Source of the DNA: Gammaproteobacteria bacterium
GTDB taxonomy: Bacteria; Pseudomonadota; Gammaproteobacteria; SG8-11
Direction: 5' to 3'
Assembly (NCBI GenBank): GCA_016200445.1
Contig: JACQEQ010000285.1
Span: 1 to 32,580 of the forward strand
Length of the DNA: 32,580 bases
Position numbers and translations under genes: made by a program. Below, piece by piece: positions 7,278 through 16,607 of this stretch. Below the pieces are notes generated by a model. It was not told the DNA's origin and ran no database searches. It saw nothing but the letters and a program-made list of their open reading frames with translations. Within the stretch, counting starts at the first letter, position 1. Every line of letters begins with the position of its first letter.

Positions 7278-8854
7278 CGTGTCAACAGGCCGCGGGCTGT
7301 GGATTGCAGCAACCAGCCGCGCACGGTTTCACGCAAGCCGGCATCGAAAAAATCCATCGGGTTGTAATCGTCGGTCAGCACCAGGGCATCGGCATCGACC
7401 GGCAGCGGATAGCTACTGCGCAGAAAACTACGCACCTGCGCATTCACGCGCGGATGAATGTCGATTCCTGGAACCTCGCCCAACGGCAGCATATTGCGCT
7501 TACCGTTGTATGCAAAAATCTCCAGATTTCCGACGCCGCCTTCTAGATCGGTCACATCGAATACCGGATAAACATCGACCGATTCGAACACGCTGCGCAA
7601 GGTGCGCACCACCGAACTGGTCATGCGTCGCTGCGCTCCGATGCTGCCGATAAAGTTAACACCGAGCACGCCGCCGGGACGCAGATGTTGCGCGATCAAG
7701 CTAAACATCTCGCGGCTAAGCAGGTGGTAGGGCATCAGATCGCCGTTATAAGCATCGAGCACGATGTAGTCGTACATACGCGCGCTGGTCAGCAGAAAAT
7801 GACGCGCATCGGCTTCGATGACATCGCCATTGGTGGTAAAACCAAAGTAGTCGCGCGCCAATTGCGGGATCAGCGGATCAATGTCGACGACATCGGTGCG
7901 GATGCCGCGCGCGCTGTACCAGCCGGGAATAAAGCCCGCGCCCAAACCCACCACTAAACAATCGCGGCCGTTGGGTTGCAGCCGGTAAGGAATGTACTGC
8001 ATCAAATACGGGTAGCGATTCACAGTCAGACGCCGCTGCAAGTCTTGCCCGCCCTGATGCAACCCGTCGATCAACAACTGGCGGTCTACCGCATCGCCAT
8101 AGTCGACATCGACCACTTTGACGGAACCGTAAAAGGTGTCGCCGGAAAATACTTCGCGCACTTGTGCATCGGGCATGCTCAGCGCGGGCGGTACGATCCA
8201 CTGCGGCGCCAGGACAAGACACAAAACCAATGCTGCACCGGCAATGACCAAACGCCGCAAGGCCGCGAAATAAGCGGCGGCTAGCAGCAACAAGGTGAAT
8301 CCCACCGCGTAAAACGCCTGATTTACGCCCAAATACGCGATCATGAAAAATCCGGTCAGCGCCGTGCCGGCCACACTGCCGATGGTGGATAACGCATAGA
8401 GTCCGCCCACCGTGCGGCCGATGTTATCGACGGCACGCGCCGCGATCTTAACCAGATACGGCGACACGCTGCCCAACAATAACAAGGCCGGGCCGAATAA
8501 AATCATCGAACTTGCAAAGGCGCCGGTGCGCAAACCCAGCGGCAGGCAGGCTTCCAGCACCGGCGCTTTCAACCACGGAATCAGCAACACGCATATTCCG
8601 GCGGCGGCGATCAACGCGTACAGATCGACGCTCTGCCCGCGCCGGTCGGCCAATACGCCGCCGAACCAATAACCCAGCGCCAATGCAATCATCGTGACGC
8701 TGATCAACGAGGTCCAAACAAACAGACTCACGCCGAAAAACGGCCCGATCACGCGCGAACCCAACACCTCGATCACCATCACCGCCGCCCCGCACACCAG
8801 CGCGCTGAACAACAGATAGGCGAACAATAATTTACTGCGACGAGCTTCAGTCAT
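7274..8854 (-). CDS. fused polytopic membrane / spermidine-synthase-like (aminopropyltransferase fold) protein
   Basis: The N-terminal half has about 7 hydrophobic helices. The C-terminal half has a class I MTase/SpeE-like signature (CLVVGLGAGFIPGWY ... YDYIVLDAYNGD ... LRPGGVLGVNF). 4-nt ATGA overlap with birA. Confidence 0.8.
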   Translation of the reverse strand: MTEARRSKLLFAYLLFSALVCGAAVMVIEVLGSRVIGPFFGVSLFVWTSLISVTMIALALGYWFGGVLADRRGQSVDLYALIAAAGICVLLIPWLKAPVLEACLPLGLRTGAFASSMILFGPALLLLGSVSPYLVKIAARAVDNIGRTVGGLYALSTIGSVAGTALTGFFMIAYLGVNQAFYAVGFTLLLLAAAYFAALRRLVIAGAALVLCLVLAPQWIVPPALSMPDAQVREVFSGDTFYGSVKVVDVDYGDAVDRQLLIDGLHQGGQDLQRRLTVNRYPYLMQYIPYRLQPNGRDCLVVGLGAGFIPGWYSARGIRTDVVDIDPLIPQLARDYFGFTTNGDVIEADARHFLLTSARMYDYIVLDAYNGDLMPYHLLSREMFSLIAQHLRPGGVLGVNFIGSIGAQRRMTSSVVRTLRSVFESVDVYPVFDVTDLEGGVGNLEIFAYNGKRNMLPLGEVPGIDIHPRVNAQVRSFLRSSYPLPVDADALVLTDDYNPMDFFDAGLRETVRGWLLQSTARGLLTR

Positions 8855-8901
8855 GCGGTTCTCTTGAAAAAATAAATAATGAAGGAGCGTGGTATTTGCA
8901 A

Positions 8902-10446
8902 TTAAACCGGCGCGTACACCCCGACTTCCTGTTCGCGGCCTTTTACCCGGAATTCGCCGCAGCCGCGCATCGCGCGTGCAAGCTCAGCGGGCAACCGCCG
9001 GTACACTTCGGCACTGATCAGCACGTCGGTGCCCAATTCCTTATTCAGCGTTTCCAGGCGCGATGCGACATTCACCGCATCGCCGATCACGGCGTATTTC
9101 ATGCGCGTCTCGCCACCCAGGCTTCCCGCCACGACGCGCCCGGTATGCACACCGATACGCGCTTTCAGTTGTGCGATGCCGCTTTGCATCCAGCACTGCG
9201 CCAGTCCGCTGGTTTGCCATTCGCCATTCAGCGCCACGAGGCGATCCCGCATTGCCAATGCACAACGCAACGCTTGCTGCGGGTGATCCTCGCGATAATA
9301 CGGTGCGCCGAATACGGCGAGAATCGCGTCGCCGAGAAATTCAATCACGCAACCGTGATGCGCATCGACCAGCACATTCATCGCGCCTAAATACTGATTG
9401 AGCATGTCCAGCAGTTGCACCGGCGGCAGATGTTCGCAGATGGTCGAATAGCTCGACAAATCGCTGAACAAAATCGTCACCTCGCGCTCTTCTGCACCAG
9501 GCGCCGCTGCGTCGCGATGCTCGAGCAACTCGCGCGCGACATCTTCGCTCACGTAACGCCCGAAGGTGGCGCGGATGAATTCGCGGTCTTGCAGGCCTTC
9601 GGCCATTTTATCGAAATGGCGGCTCATCAGCCCGAATTCGTCGCGACGATTAAGGCTCAAACGCGTGGTAAGTTCGCCGCGCGCGACCGCTGCCGTGGCG
9701 TCGATGATGCGCGTCAAGGGTTCACGCACACTGCGCGCAACCGCCAATGAAATCAGACCCAACAGCACGGCGGCGATTCCAAACACCGCCAGCGTGACCC
9801 ACAACACATCGTGTTTCATCACTTCAATCCGCGACGCCTGCACATCGGCACCAACCAGCGCGATACCTTTGCCGCTCGCGTCGCGCACCGGCGCATAGCC
9901 CGACAAGGTCAGGCCGAATTCATCGCGAAACGGTTCGTTCTCGACGGCCGGCGCATCGAACCCGCTTTGCAACACCGGCAATGCTGTGGCGTCGTATTCG
10001 TCGCCCGGCGTGGCAAGGGCGCCGTCCTTGACAAAATCAATAAAAAATCGCAAATGGCCCGGCTGGCCGGTCAAGCGCAACAAATAAATGCTTTGGATGT
10101 CGGAGTCGATTTGCGCCGCTGCGGCAAAACGCGTGCGCAATTCGTTGTGGTAGGCGGTTGCTTCGTGTGCGTCGAGCGCGATTTCGGCCAGCCGTTCGGC
10201 ACTCACCGATGCGGCCAACCCAGTCACGGTAGTGAGCAGGCGCCGTTGCAGATGCGATAACTCGGAATTGACGCTGTAGAAATAGAAAATTGTCGCGATC
10301 AGCACCAACGACAACAACACCGTGCCGCCATACAATCCGGTCAAGCGTAAATGGAAGCGCTGCCAAGCGCGCAAACGCAGCAGCGGGTCAACGGCCGCAT
10401 TGATCTTGGGTGGACCGTCTGGAATCTGTAAGGGTGTCGCAGACAT
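8902..10446 (-). CDS. membrane sensor adenylate/guanylate cyclase (periplasmic domain-HAMP-class III cyclase)
   Basis: Two TM segments flank a periplasmic region of about 180 aa. A HAMP-like segment follows (VREPLTRIIDATAAVARGELTTRL). The class III cyclase core is present (REVTILFSDLSSYSTICEHL ... EFLGDAILAVFGAP ... GIHTGRVVAGSLGG). Confidence 0.88.
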   Translation of the reverse strand: MSATPLQIPDGPPKINAAVDPLLRLRAWQRFHLRLTGLYGGTVLLSLVLIATIFYFYSVNSELSHLQRRLLTTVTGLAASVSAERLAEIALDAHEATAYHNELRTRFAAAAQIDSDIQSIYLLRLTGQPGHLRFFIDFVKDGALATPGDEYDATALPVLQSGFDAPAVENEPFRDEFGLTLSGYAPVRDASGKGIALVGADVQASRIEVMKHDVLWVTLAVFGIAAVLLGLISLAVARSVREPLTRIIDATAAVARGELTTRLSLNRRDEFGLMSRHFDKMAEGLQDREFIRATFGRYVSEDVARELLEHRDAAAPGAEEREVTILFSDLSSYSTICEHLPPVQLLDMLNQYLGAMNVLVDAHHGCVIEFLGDAILAVFGAPYYREDHPQQALRCALAMRDRLVALNGEWQTSGLAQCWMQSGIAQLKARIGVHTGRVVAGSLGGETRMKYAVIGDAVNVASRLETLNKELGTDVLISAEVYRRLPAELARAMRGCGEFRVKGREQEVGVYAPV

Positions 10447-10594
10447 TGCTTGGCGGGCATCACATTATGTGCGGTGGCCATCTTCTTACAATTCACCGGC
10501 GGCATCAATGACTCAGGTTTTAGCGTATTTGTCCGATGTTTTTAACTGGCGTGTAACTACGCGCAGCCCTTAAGAACCGAACCGGTAATGTCCT

Positions 10595-11023
10595 ATGAAT
10601 CGTAACTGCAGCCTGACCGTCCTAACGCTGTGCGCACTGATGCTGTGCAGCGGTGCTCAGGCGGAACTCTATTCGTGGAAAGACAGTAACGGCAAAACGA
10701 TTTTCAGCGACCGTCCGCCGTTGGACTCCGAAAAAAATGTCTCCTCCTCGGGTGGAAAAGCATCGAAAAATGCCGCGCCCGGCGAAAAAAGCGACGATCC
10801 GGCGAGTGCCCAGCTGCGCGAGGAGGCCAAAAAAAAGAAAGTACAGGATAACGACAAAAAATTAATCCAATGGCGCTGCGCCGAACTCGACAAAGAATAT
10901 CAAGCGTTGTTAGCTGCCTATGAAGAGGTGGCAAAAACCAGCATCAAGAAAGCTGCCGCACTAAAAGTGGACGCCGAAAATCATAAAGACACCATTGACA
11001 AGCTGTGTAATTCACCCCCCTAA
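10595..11023 (+). CDS. DUF4124-type secreted protein
   Basis: Signal peptide MNRNCSLTVLTLCALMLCSGAQA, then ELYSWKDSNGKTIFSDRPP, which matches the DUF4124 signature (Y-W-D..G...SD.PP), then a lysine/glutamate-rich C-terminal helix. Confidence 0.75.
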   Translation: MNRNCSLTVLTLCALMLCSGAQAELYSWKDSNGKTIFSDRPPLDSEKNVSSSGGKASKNAAPGEKSDDPASAQLREEAKKKKVQDNDKKLIQWRCAELDKEYQALLAAYEEVAKTSIKKAAALKVDAENHKDTIDKLCNSPP

Positions 11024-11024
11024 T

Positions 11025-11735
11025 TTATTCACCTAAATACGCATGCCGGACCTGCGCATTGGTCAGCAGTTTTTCAGCCGCATCTGTCAACGCAATGGTT
11101 CCGCTTTCCATCACGTAGCCGCGTTGGCTGATTTCCAAAGCGCGCTTGGCATTCTGTTCCACCAGCAGAATCGTTACACCCTCCTGCGCAATAGCGCGGA
11201 TGGTTGTGAAAATCTTTTCCACCATCAGCGGCGCCAGGCCCATGCTGGGCTCGTCCAACAGCAACAGCCGGGGCTGACTCATCAGCGCACGTCCCATGGC
11301 CAGCATTTGCTGCTCGCCACCAGACAAGGTGCCCGCTTGTTGCTTGCAGCGTTCCGCCAGGCGCGGGAATAACGCGAACACGCGTTCCAGATCGTTTTTT
11401 ATCCCGGCGCGGTCCGTACGCGAGTACCCGCCCATGTCGAGATTTTCACCAACACTCATACGCCCGAAGATGCCACGCCCCTCCGGCACCAAAGCCAAGC
11501 CGCAGCGCGCGATCAGGTGCGCAGGTTGATGTGTAATCGCTTTACCATCGTAAAGCACTGACCCGTGTGCGACCGGCAGCAATCCACACAGCGCTTTCAG
11601 CAGGGTGGATTTTCCCGCGCCGTTGGCGCCGATCAGACACACCAGCTCACCGCGTTCGATCTGCAGGTCGACGCCCTTCACCGCTTTGATGCCCCCGTAC
11701 GACACCGCAAATTGTTTGAGTTCGAGCAGGCTCAA
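11025..11735 (-). CDS. livF: branched-chain amino acid ABC transporter ATP-binding protein LivF
   Basis: Walker A GANGAGKST, signature LSGGEQQML, Walker B LLLLDEP. 236 aa if started at TTG 11735 (product SLLELKQFAVSYGG), with GAGG 8 nt upstream. The ORF-track start at 11885 is a read-through of the repeat element. Confidence 0.9.
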   Translation of the reverse strand: MSLLELKQFAVSYGGIKAVKGVDLQIERGELVCLIGANGAGKSTLLKALCGLLPVAHGSVLYDGKAITHQPAHLIARCGLALVPEGRGIFGRMSVGENLDMGGYSRTDRAGIKNDLERVFALFPRLAERCKQQAGTLSGGEQQMLAMGRALMSQPRLLLLDEPSMGLAPLMVEKIFTTIRAIAQEGVTILLVEQNAKRALEISQRGYVMESGTIALTDAAEKLLTNAQVRHAYLGE

Positions 11736-11972
11736 CCTAGAAACCTCAGTTGGACGATCTGCAGAGTGCGTCCCGTTGGACGCAGGGCAAGGCGCAACGA
11801 GCGAGGAATAGCGAGCTATTCCGACGAGTTGCAACGTAGCCATGTGCACAACGGGGCGTGCTCCGCAGGTCGTAGCGGGGCTCACCTTCAGGGTGAAGCG
11901 TCATTTGGCCATGATCCTTAATAACACCATGCACTTGCTTATGCCTTGTAGCGGTCAACTGAGGTTTCTAGG
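11736..11972. mobile_element. MITE-like non-autonomous element, copy 2 (237 bp)
   Basis: Termini CCTAGAAACCTCAGTTGGAC (11736-11755) and GTCAACTGAGGTTTCTAGG (11954-11972) share 17 nt of perfect inverted repeat. The flanks are CTCAA / TTCAG and share the central TCA. Same plus-strand orientation as copy 1. Central hairpin GGAATAGC-GA-GCTATTCC at 11805-11822. Confidence 0.85.
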
Positions 11973-11973
11973 T

Positions 11974-12750
11974 TCAGGCTACGGCTCCGCCCAGATAGGC
12001 TTCGATCACGCGCGGATCACAACGCACCTGCGCCGGAATGCCTTCGGCGATTTTTTTGCCGTAGTCAAGCACTGCTACCCGGTCGCACAAACCCATCACC
12101 AGTTTCACGTCGTGCTCGATCAGCAGCAAGGTCACTCCCAACTCGCTGCGCAGCCGTTGCAGCAACTGCGTCAACGCGGCACGCTCGCTGGGATTCATGC
12201 CGGCGGCGGGTTCGTCCAGGGCGAGCATTTTGGGGTCGGTCGCCAACGCGCGCGCGATTTCCAGGCGGCGTTGATCGCCGTATGACAAATGTTTGGCCAG
12301 CGCACGCGCGTGCGTGCCGATGCCGGCCACGTCGAGCAATTCGTGGGCACGCTTGCGCATCGCCGCTTCTTCGCCGCAGACGCGTGCCGGGCGTGTAATC
12401 GCGCCCCACACGCCGGTGCGGGTACGGCAATGCCGCCCGACCATGACATTTTCCAAGGCGCTCATGTTGGCGAACAGGCGAATGTTTTGAAAGGTGCGCG
12501 CCAAGCCTAAATGCACGATCGCGTGCGGCTTGTGTGCCAGCAACGCCTGCCCGTCAAAATGCACTTGTCCGCCGGTGGCGGTATACAGCCCGGTGAGCAC
12601 ATTAAACAAGGTTGTTTTGCCTGCGCCATTGGGTCCGATCAAACCAAAAATTTCACCGGCGTTGACCGTCAGCGATACATCGCACAACGCGGCCAGGCCG
12701 CCGAAAGATTTGTCGATATGGGCTGCCAGCAGCAGCGGCGGCGCGTTCAT
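11974..12750 (-). CDS. livG: branched-chain amino acid ABC transporter ATP-binding protein LivG
   Basis: Walker A GPNGAGKTT, signature LSYGDQRRLEIA, Walker B LALDEPAAG, and the LivG-type C-terminal extension. 258 aa. ATGA overlap with livM. Confidence 0.92.
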   Translation of the reverse strand: MNAPPLLLAAHIDKSFGGLAALCDVSLTVNAGEIFGLIGPNGAGKTTLFNVLTGLYTATGGQVHFDGQALLAHKPHAIVHLGLARTFQNIRLFANMSALENVMVGRHCRTRTGVWGAITRPARVCGEEAAMRKRAHELLDVAGIGTHARALAKHLSYGDQRRLEIARALATDPKMLALDEPAAGMNPSERAALTQLLQRLRSELGVTLLLIEHDVKLVMGLCDRVAVLDYGKKIAEGIPAQVRCDPRVIEAYLGGAVA

Positions 12751-13871
12751 TTGTCGTACACCGAGGCGCGCTCTTGATCCAGCACGCCGTCATCGGCCTT
12801 GAATTCACGCGCGCGCTGCTTCGAGGGCAGTAAACCTTCCGGGCGCACAATCATCATGGCCACCAGCGCGAGCCCAAAAATCAACATGCGCAAATCGCTC
12901 GGCTCGACCACCACGCGCCCGAACAGCACGCGCTCCAGTTCGCCGATGTAGCGCAGCGCTTCCGGCAACACCGTCAGCAATACCGCGCCCAGAATCACGC
13001 CCGGCAAATTACCCATGCCGCCGAGCACGATCATGCACAGGATCATGATCGATTCGAGCAGATTGAAACTCTCGGGACTGACGAAGCCTTGAAACCCGGC
13101 GAATAACCCGCCGCTCAATCCGGCGAACGAGGCGCCCATCGCGAATGCCAGTAGTTTTATATTGCGGGTGTTGATGCCCATCGCGCTGGCCGCCACTTCG
13201 TCTTCGCGGATCGCGATCCACGCGCGCCCGATGCGCGAATCCTGCAAGCGCATGCAAACGAAAATGATCAGCAAAGTGAATGCCAGGAACACGTAGTACA
13301 ACAAGGTGCCGCCGGTAAATGTCATGCCCAGCAACGTCTGGGTTTGATTTAAGCTGAACTCACCGAACCGCAACGGGTCGATCAGGTTCACGCCTTGCGG
13401 GCCGTTGGTGATGTTGACCGGCGCGTTGAGGTTATTCAGAAAGATGCGGATGATCTCGCCGAAACCCAACGTGACAATGGCCAGATAATCGCCACGCAAG
13501 CGCAATGTGGGCGCGCCCAGCAACACGCCGAAAAATGCCGCGACCAGCGCCCCCAGCGGCAACGTCACCCAGAACGGCAGATGCAAGCCGAAATGCGGCG
13601 ACGACAACAGCGCGTATACATAGGCCCCGACCGCATAAAACGCGATGTAACCTAGGTCGAGCAGCCCGGCAAACCCGACCACGATGTTGAGCCCGAGCGC
13701 GAGCATCACATACAACAACGTAAAGTTAAGCACTCGCACCCAAGCACGCCCTAGACCGGCATCCACCAGAAACGGCAGCGCCGCTAACACAATACCCAAC
13801 GCGATAAATGCCATCCACGCGGCGCGGTGGTCGTGTTTAAAACGGGACCAGTGAAGCGTGAATGCGACCAC
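12747..13871 (-). CDS. livM: branched-chain amino acid ABC transporter permease LivM
   Basis: Polytopic permease of 374 aa with LivM-like motifs (GYIAFYAVGAY, FGEIIR, TNGPQG). GTG 13871 has AGGAA 8 nt upstream. Confidence 0.88.
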   Translation of the reverse strand: MVAFTLHWSRFKHDHRAAWMAFIALGIVLAALPFLVDAGLGRAWVRVLNFTLLYVMLALGLNIVVGFAGLLDLGYIAFYAVGAYVYALLSSPHFGLHLPFWVTLPLGALVAAFFGVLLGAPTLRLRGDYLAIVTLGFGEIIRIFLNNLNAPVNITNGPQGVNLIDPLRFGEFSLNQTQTLLGMTFTGGTLLYYVFLAFTLLIIFVCMRLQDSRIGRAWIAIREDEVAASAMGINTRNIKLLAFAMGASFAGLSGGLFAGFQGFVSPESFNLLESIMILCMIVLGGMGNLPGVILGAVLLTVLPEALRYIGELERVLFGRVVVEPSDLRMLIFGLALVAMMIVRPEGLLPSKQRAREFKADDGVLDQERASVYDK

Positions 13872-13885
13872 CTATATCGTTCCTA

Positions 13886-15634
13886 TCATCGAACGTCACC
13901 TGCCTTGATTAGCGCGATCGTTAACTGCCGACTCCCACCATTTAAACGCGCCACATGCTGTAATAACTCAAGACGCTCGGCATTGGTCATCGCGCTGTTT
14001 AAAAATAGCAGTTCAGCAAACAAATCGGTCATCGGCGTGTCTTCACGATACGTAAGGTACGTCGCCATTTCATACATCAAGCGCGCATAACTCTGCGGGC
14101 GCTGCGCCATAGTACGCAGTACGGCCGCAGGCAACATCGGGTGGAAAGAAAATATCTCATAGCGTTCGATCAACGCGCTGTTTTCAGCCGTGCGGCGCAA
14201 CACCACCACGGCGGATGGTTCCCGATAGATGCGCGCCCATTCGGTGATGGGAAATAAGCGCTCCAATTCTGCCGGTGAACCCACTACCGCATAATTTATA
14301 TTCCACCGCGCTAACTCCTCCGGGTGGTCAAGATAGCGATTGGTGTCGCCAAATACCGTGTGGTGGTTGTATTGAAAAATGCGCCGCTGCGGAGTGATGA
14401 AAAAGGCCAGATAACCGCCAAAATGGCCTGAATTATAGAGGTTGCCCGGCAGGTTCACGTCTTGGATGAAGCGCACCGAACCGGCGGGAAGAAATTCGTC
14501 GCTGATGCGGTAGCCGAACGACTGCGGCGTGTGCGGTCCGGCAAATTTTATAGCGACGATATACGCAGCCAGCGCTAAAGCAAATGCAGACAACGCAAGC
14601 GTTGGCAGTAGTGGGTAACGGCGTTTTACTGCCAGCGCGGAAATAATTTGTGTAGCTAGCGTTGCGAGCAACGCGGCATCGAGCAACGCAAACACGCCGA
14701 TGACGCGCGAGTAGCGCACGGCGAGAATGGCAAACGGTGCAACGACCAGCAGCTGCGTCAGGTCGAGCGTGCGGCGCGCGCCGATGAGCGCCGCAAGCGT
14801 TATCGCCAACAATATCCAAAATAGTTTGTGTTCGCGCCAATTCGCCGGTTGGAATTCCATGACGCCAGCGACCAAGGCGTTGCCGTTGATGAATTGCAGA
14901 AAAATATCGTAGGAGCGCAAACCGTAGGGATCGGCGAGCAGCGCGAGCAATGTGAGGCCACAGACAATATTCAACACCCGCAGCTGTTCGCGCGACATGG
15001 GTACCATTCCGCTCCAATGGGCGAAGCGCGCGCCGAACCAGTGCTTGATATTTTCTCCAGCTACAAATGCAAGCAATACGATCAAACCGAAGATTGCGCC
15101 ATGCAATGAATCCCACAGCACCAATATCCCCGGAATTAAAAAAAGAAATTTAATGTCACAACGCTGCGCCCGGCAGCAATAGAGCAGATAACTGAGCGCT
15201 GCAATACCCAGCAATGAAAATAACTCAGGCCGTTCGATATAGCGGTAAAAACCCGCCGTCACGGCGGCGACCACTAACATGGCGCTCAACGCGGACGTTG
15301 CGCCGTGCACGCGGCAGGTGCGGTAAACAAGCACGGCAATCGCAAGCGTCACTAACACCTTCAGCGCCAACAACCCACTGCCGCCCCACAGATCGTAGAT
15401 CAGGAAAAATAAAATCTGACTCAACCATTCGTGATTGCTAAACGGTGTTCCAAACGCCGTGTACGAAAAACGCTCTTCATTGACGAGGTGGCCGGTGCTT
15501 AACATTTCGCGGCCGTTGGCTAAATGCCAATACATGTCGTAATCGAACACCGGGTATAAAACGACGACTACAACGCTTGCCAGCATTGCGGCGATAACGA
15601 GTAACCGGGAGGAAAAGACGTTCGGGACAACCAT
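13886..15634 (-). CDS. polytopic membrane protein with a C-terminal soluble domain, possibly a GT-C-fold glycosyltransferase-like protein
   Basis: 582-codon ORF with at least 10 hydrophobic segments in the first 370 aa or so. An acidic first-loop motif FDYDMYWHLANGRE ... NHEWL is reminiscent of GT-C enzymes. The C-terminal 200 aa or so are hydrophilic. It is packed between livH (11-nt gap) and livM (14-nt gap). The CDS call is solid; the function is a guess. Confidence 0.8.
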   Translation of the reverse strand: MVVPNVFSSRLLVIAAMLASVVVVVLYPVFDYDMYWHLANGREMLSTGHLVNEERFSYTAFGTPFSNHEWLSQILFFLIYDLWGGSGLLALKVLVTLAIAVLVYRTCRVHGATSALSAMLVVAAVTAGFYRYIERPELFSLLGIAALSYLLYCCRAQRCDIKFLFLIPGILVLWDSLHGAIFGLIVLLAFVAGENIKHWFGARFAHWSGMVPMSREQLRVLNIVCGLTLLALLADPYGLRSYDIFLQFINGNALVAGVMEFQPANWREHKLFWILLAITLAALIGARRTLDLTQLLVVAPFAILAVRYSRVIGVFALLDAALLATLATQIISALAVKRRYPLLPTLALSAFALALAAYIVAIKFAGPHTPQSFGYRISDEFLPAGSVRFIQDVNLPGNLYNSGHFGGYLAFFITPQRRIFQYNHHTVFGDTNRYLDHPEELARWNINYAVVGSPAELERLFPITEWARIYREPSAVVVLRRTAENSALIERYEIFSFHPMLPAAVLRTMAQRPQSYARLMYEMATYLTYREDTPMTDLFAELLFLNSAMTNAERLELLQHVARLNGGSRQLTIALIKAGDVR

Positions 15635-15645
15635 AGTGGCTGCGG

Positions 15646-16575
15646 TTAGGCCCGGTCCACCACGCGCTCGCCCAATAATCCGGACGGGCGAAACACCAGC
15701 ACCAAGATCAGCACGAAGAATGCGAACACGTCTTGATAATGGCTACCGAGGAAGCCGCCGGTGAGGTCGCCGATGTAACCGGCGCCGAGGCTTTCGATCA
15801 CGCCCAGCAGCAAACCGCCCAGCATTGCCCCGGCGAGGTTGCCGATGCCGCCGAGCACGGCGGCGGAAAACGCTTTGAGACCGAGTAAAAATCCCATGTA
15901 GTAATGCGCCAAACCGTAATAGGCGCTGACCATCACGCCCGCGACGGCGGCGAGCGCCGAGCCGAGCATGAAGGTTGCTGAGATCACGTTGTTGACATTA
16001 ACGCCCATCAGGCTGGCGACTTGCGGGGATTGCGCGGTGGCGCGCATTGCCCGGCCGAGTTTGGTTTTTTGCACCAGTAGCATCAAGGCCGCCATCAATG
16101 ACATCGACAACATGACGATGAAAATTTGCACATCGGAAATGGTGGCGCCGCCGATGTCGTGCGCGCCGGTTGGCAGGATCGGCGGAAACGGAATGTATTG
16201 GCGGCCCCAGATCAACATCGCGCCGTTTTGCAATACGATGGATACGCCGATGGCGGTGATCAACGGCGCCAGACGCGGTGCGTGGCGTAATGGTCGATAC
16301 GCGACCCGTTCGATACCGTAACCCAACGCCATGCACACTGGCACGGCGGTCAATACACCGGTCAGCGCGATCAGCACGCCGGGCATGTCAACACCGGTTC
16401 CCACCAACGCGGAAATGACGGCGAGGCTGACCATCGCGCCAATCATGGTGATTTCACCGTGCGCGAAATTGATCAGTTCCAGAATGCCGTACACCATGGT
16501 GTAGCCCAGCGCCACCAGCGCGTATACGCTACCGAGCACCAGGCCGTTGATGAGTTGCTGGAGGAAGATATCCAT
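15646..16575 (-). CDS. livH: branched-chain amino acid ABC transporter permease LivH
   Basis: MDIFLQQLINGLVLGSVYALVALGYTMVYG is the canonical LivH N-terminus, giving 309 aa from ATG 16575. The ORF-track start at 16638 reads through the REP hairpin and overlaps the end of livK. Confidence 0.9.
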   Translation of the reverse strand: MDIFLQQLINGLVLGSVYALVALGYTMVYGILELINFAHGEITMIGAMVSLAVISALVGTGVDMPGVLIALTGVLTAVPVCMALGYGIERVAYRPLRHAPRLAPLITAIGVSIVLQNGAMLIWGRQYIPFPPILPTGAHDIGGATISDVQIFIVMLSMSLMAALMLLVQKTKLGRAMRATAQSPQVASLMGVNVNNVISATFMLGSALAAVAGVMVSAYYGLAHYYMGFLLGLKAFSAAVLGGIGNLAGAMLGGLLLGVIESLGAGYIGDLTGGFLGSHYQDVFAFFVLILVLVFRPSGLLGERVVDRA

Positions 16576-16587
16576 GCGGAGCGGCGC

Positions 16588-16607
16588 GGGCGCGATGAAT
16601 CGCGCCC
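16588..16607. repeat. REP-type palindrome GGGCGCGAT-GA-ATCGCGCCC in the livK-livH intergenic spacer
   Basis: Perfect 9-bp stem with a 2-nt loop, immediately after the livK stop (16608-16610) and followed by CTAC. The same motif recurs at 19611-19634 and, inverted, at 19586-19601. Confidence 0.75.
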
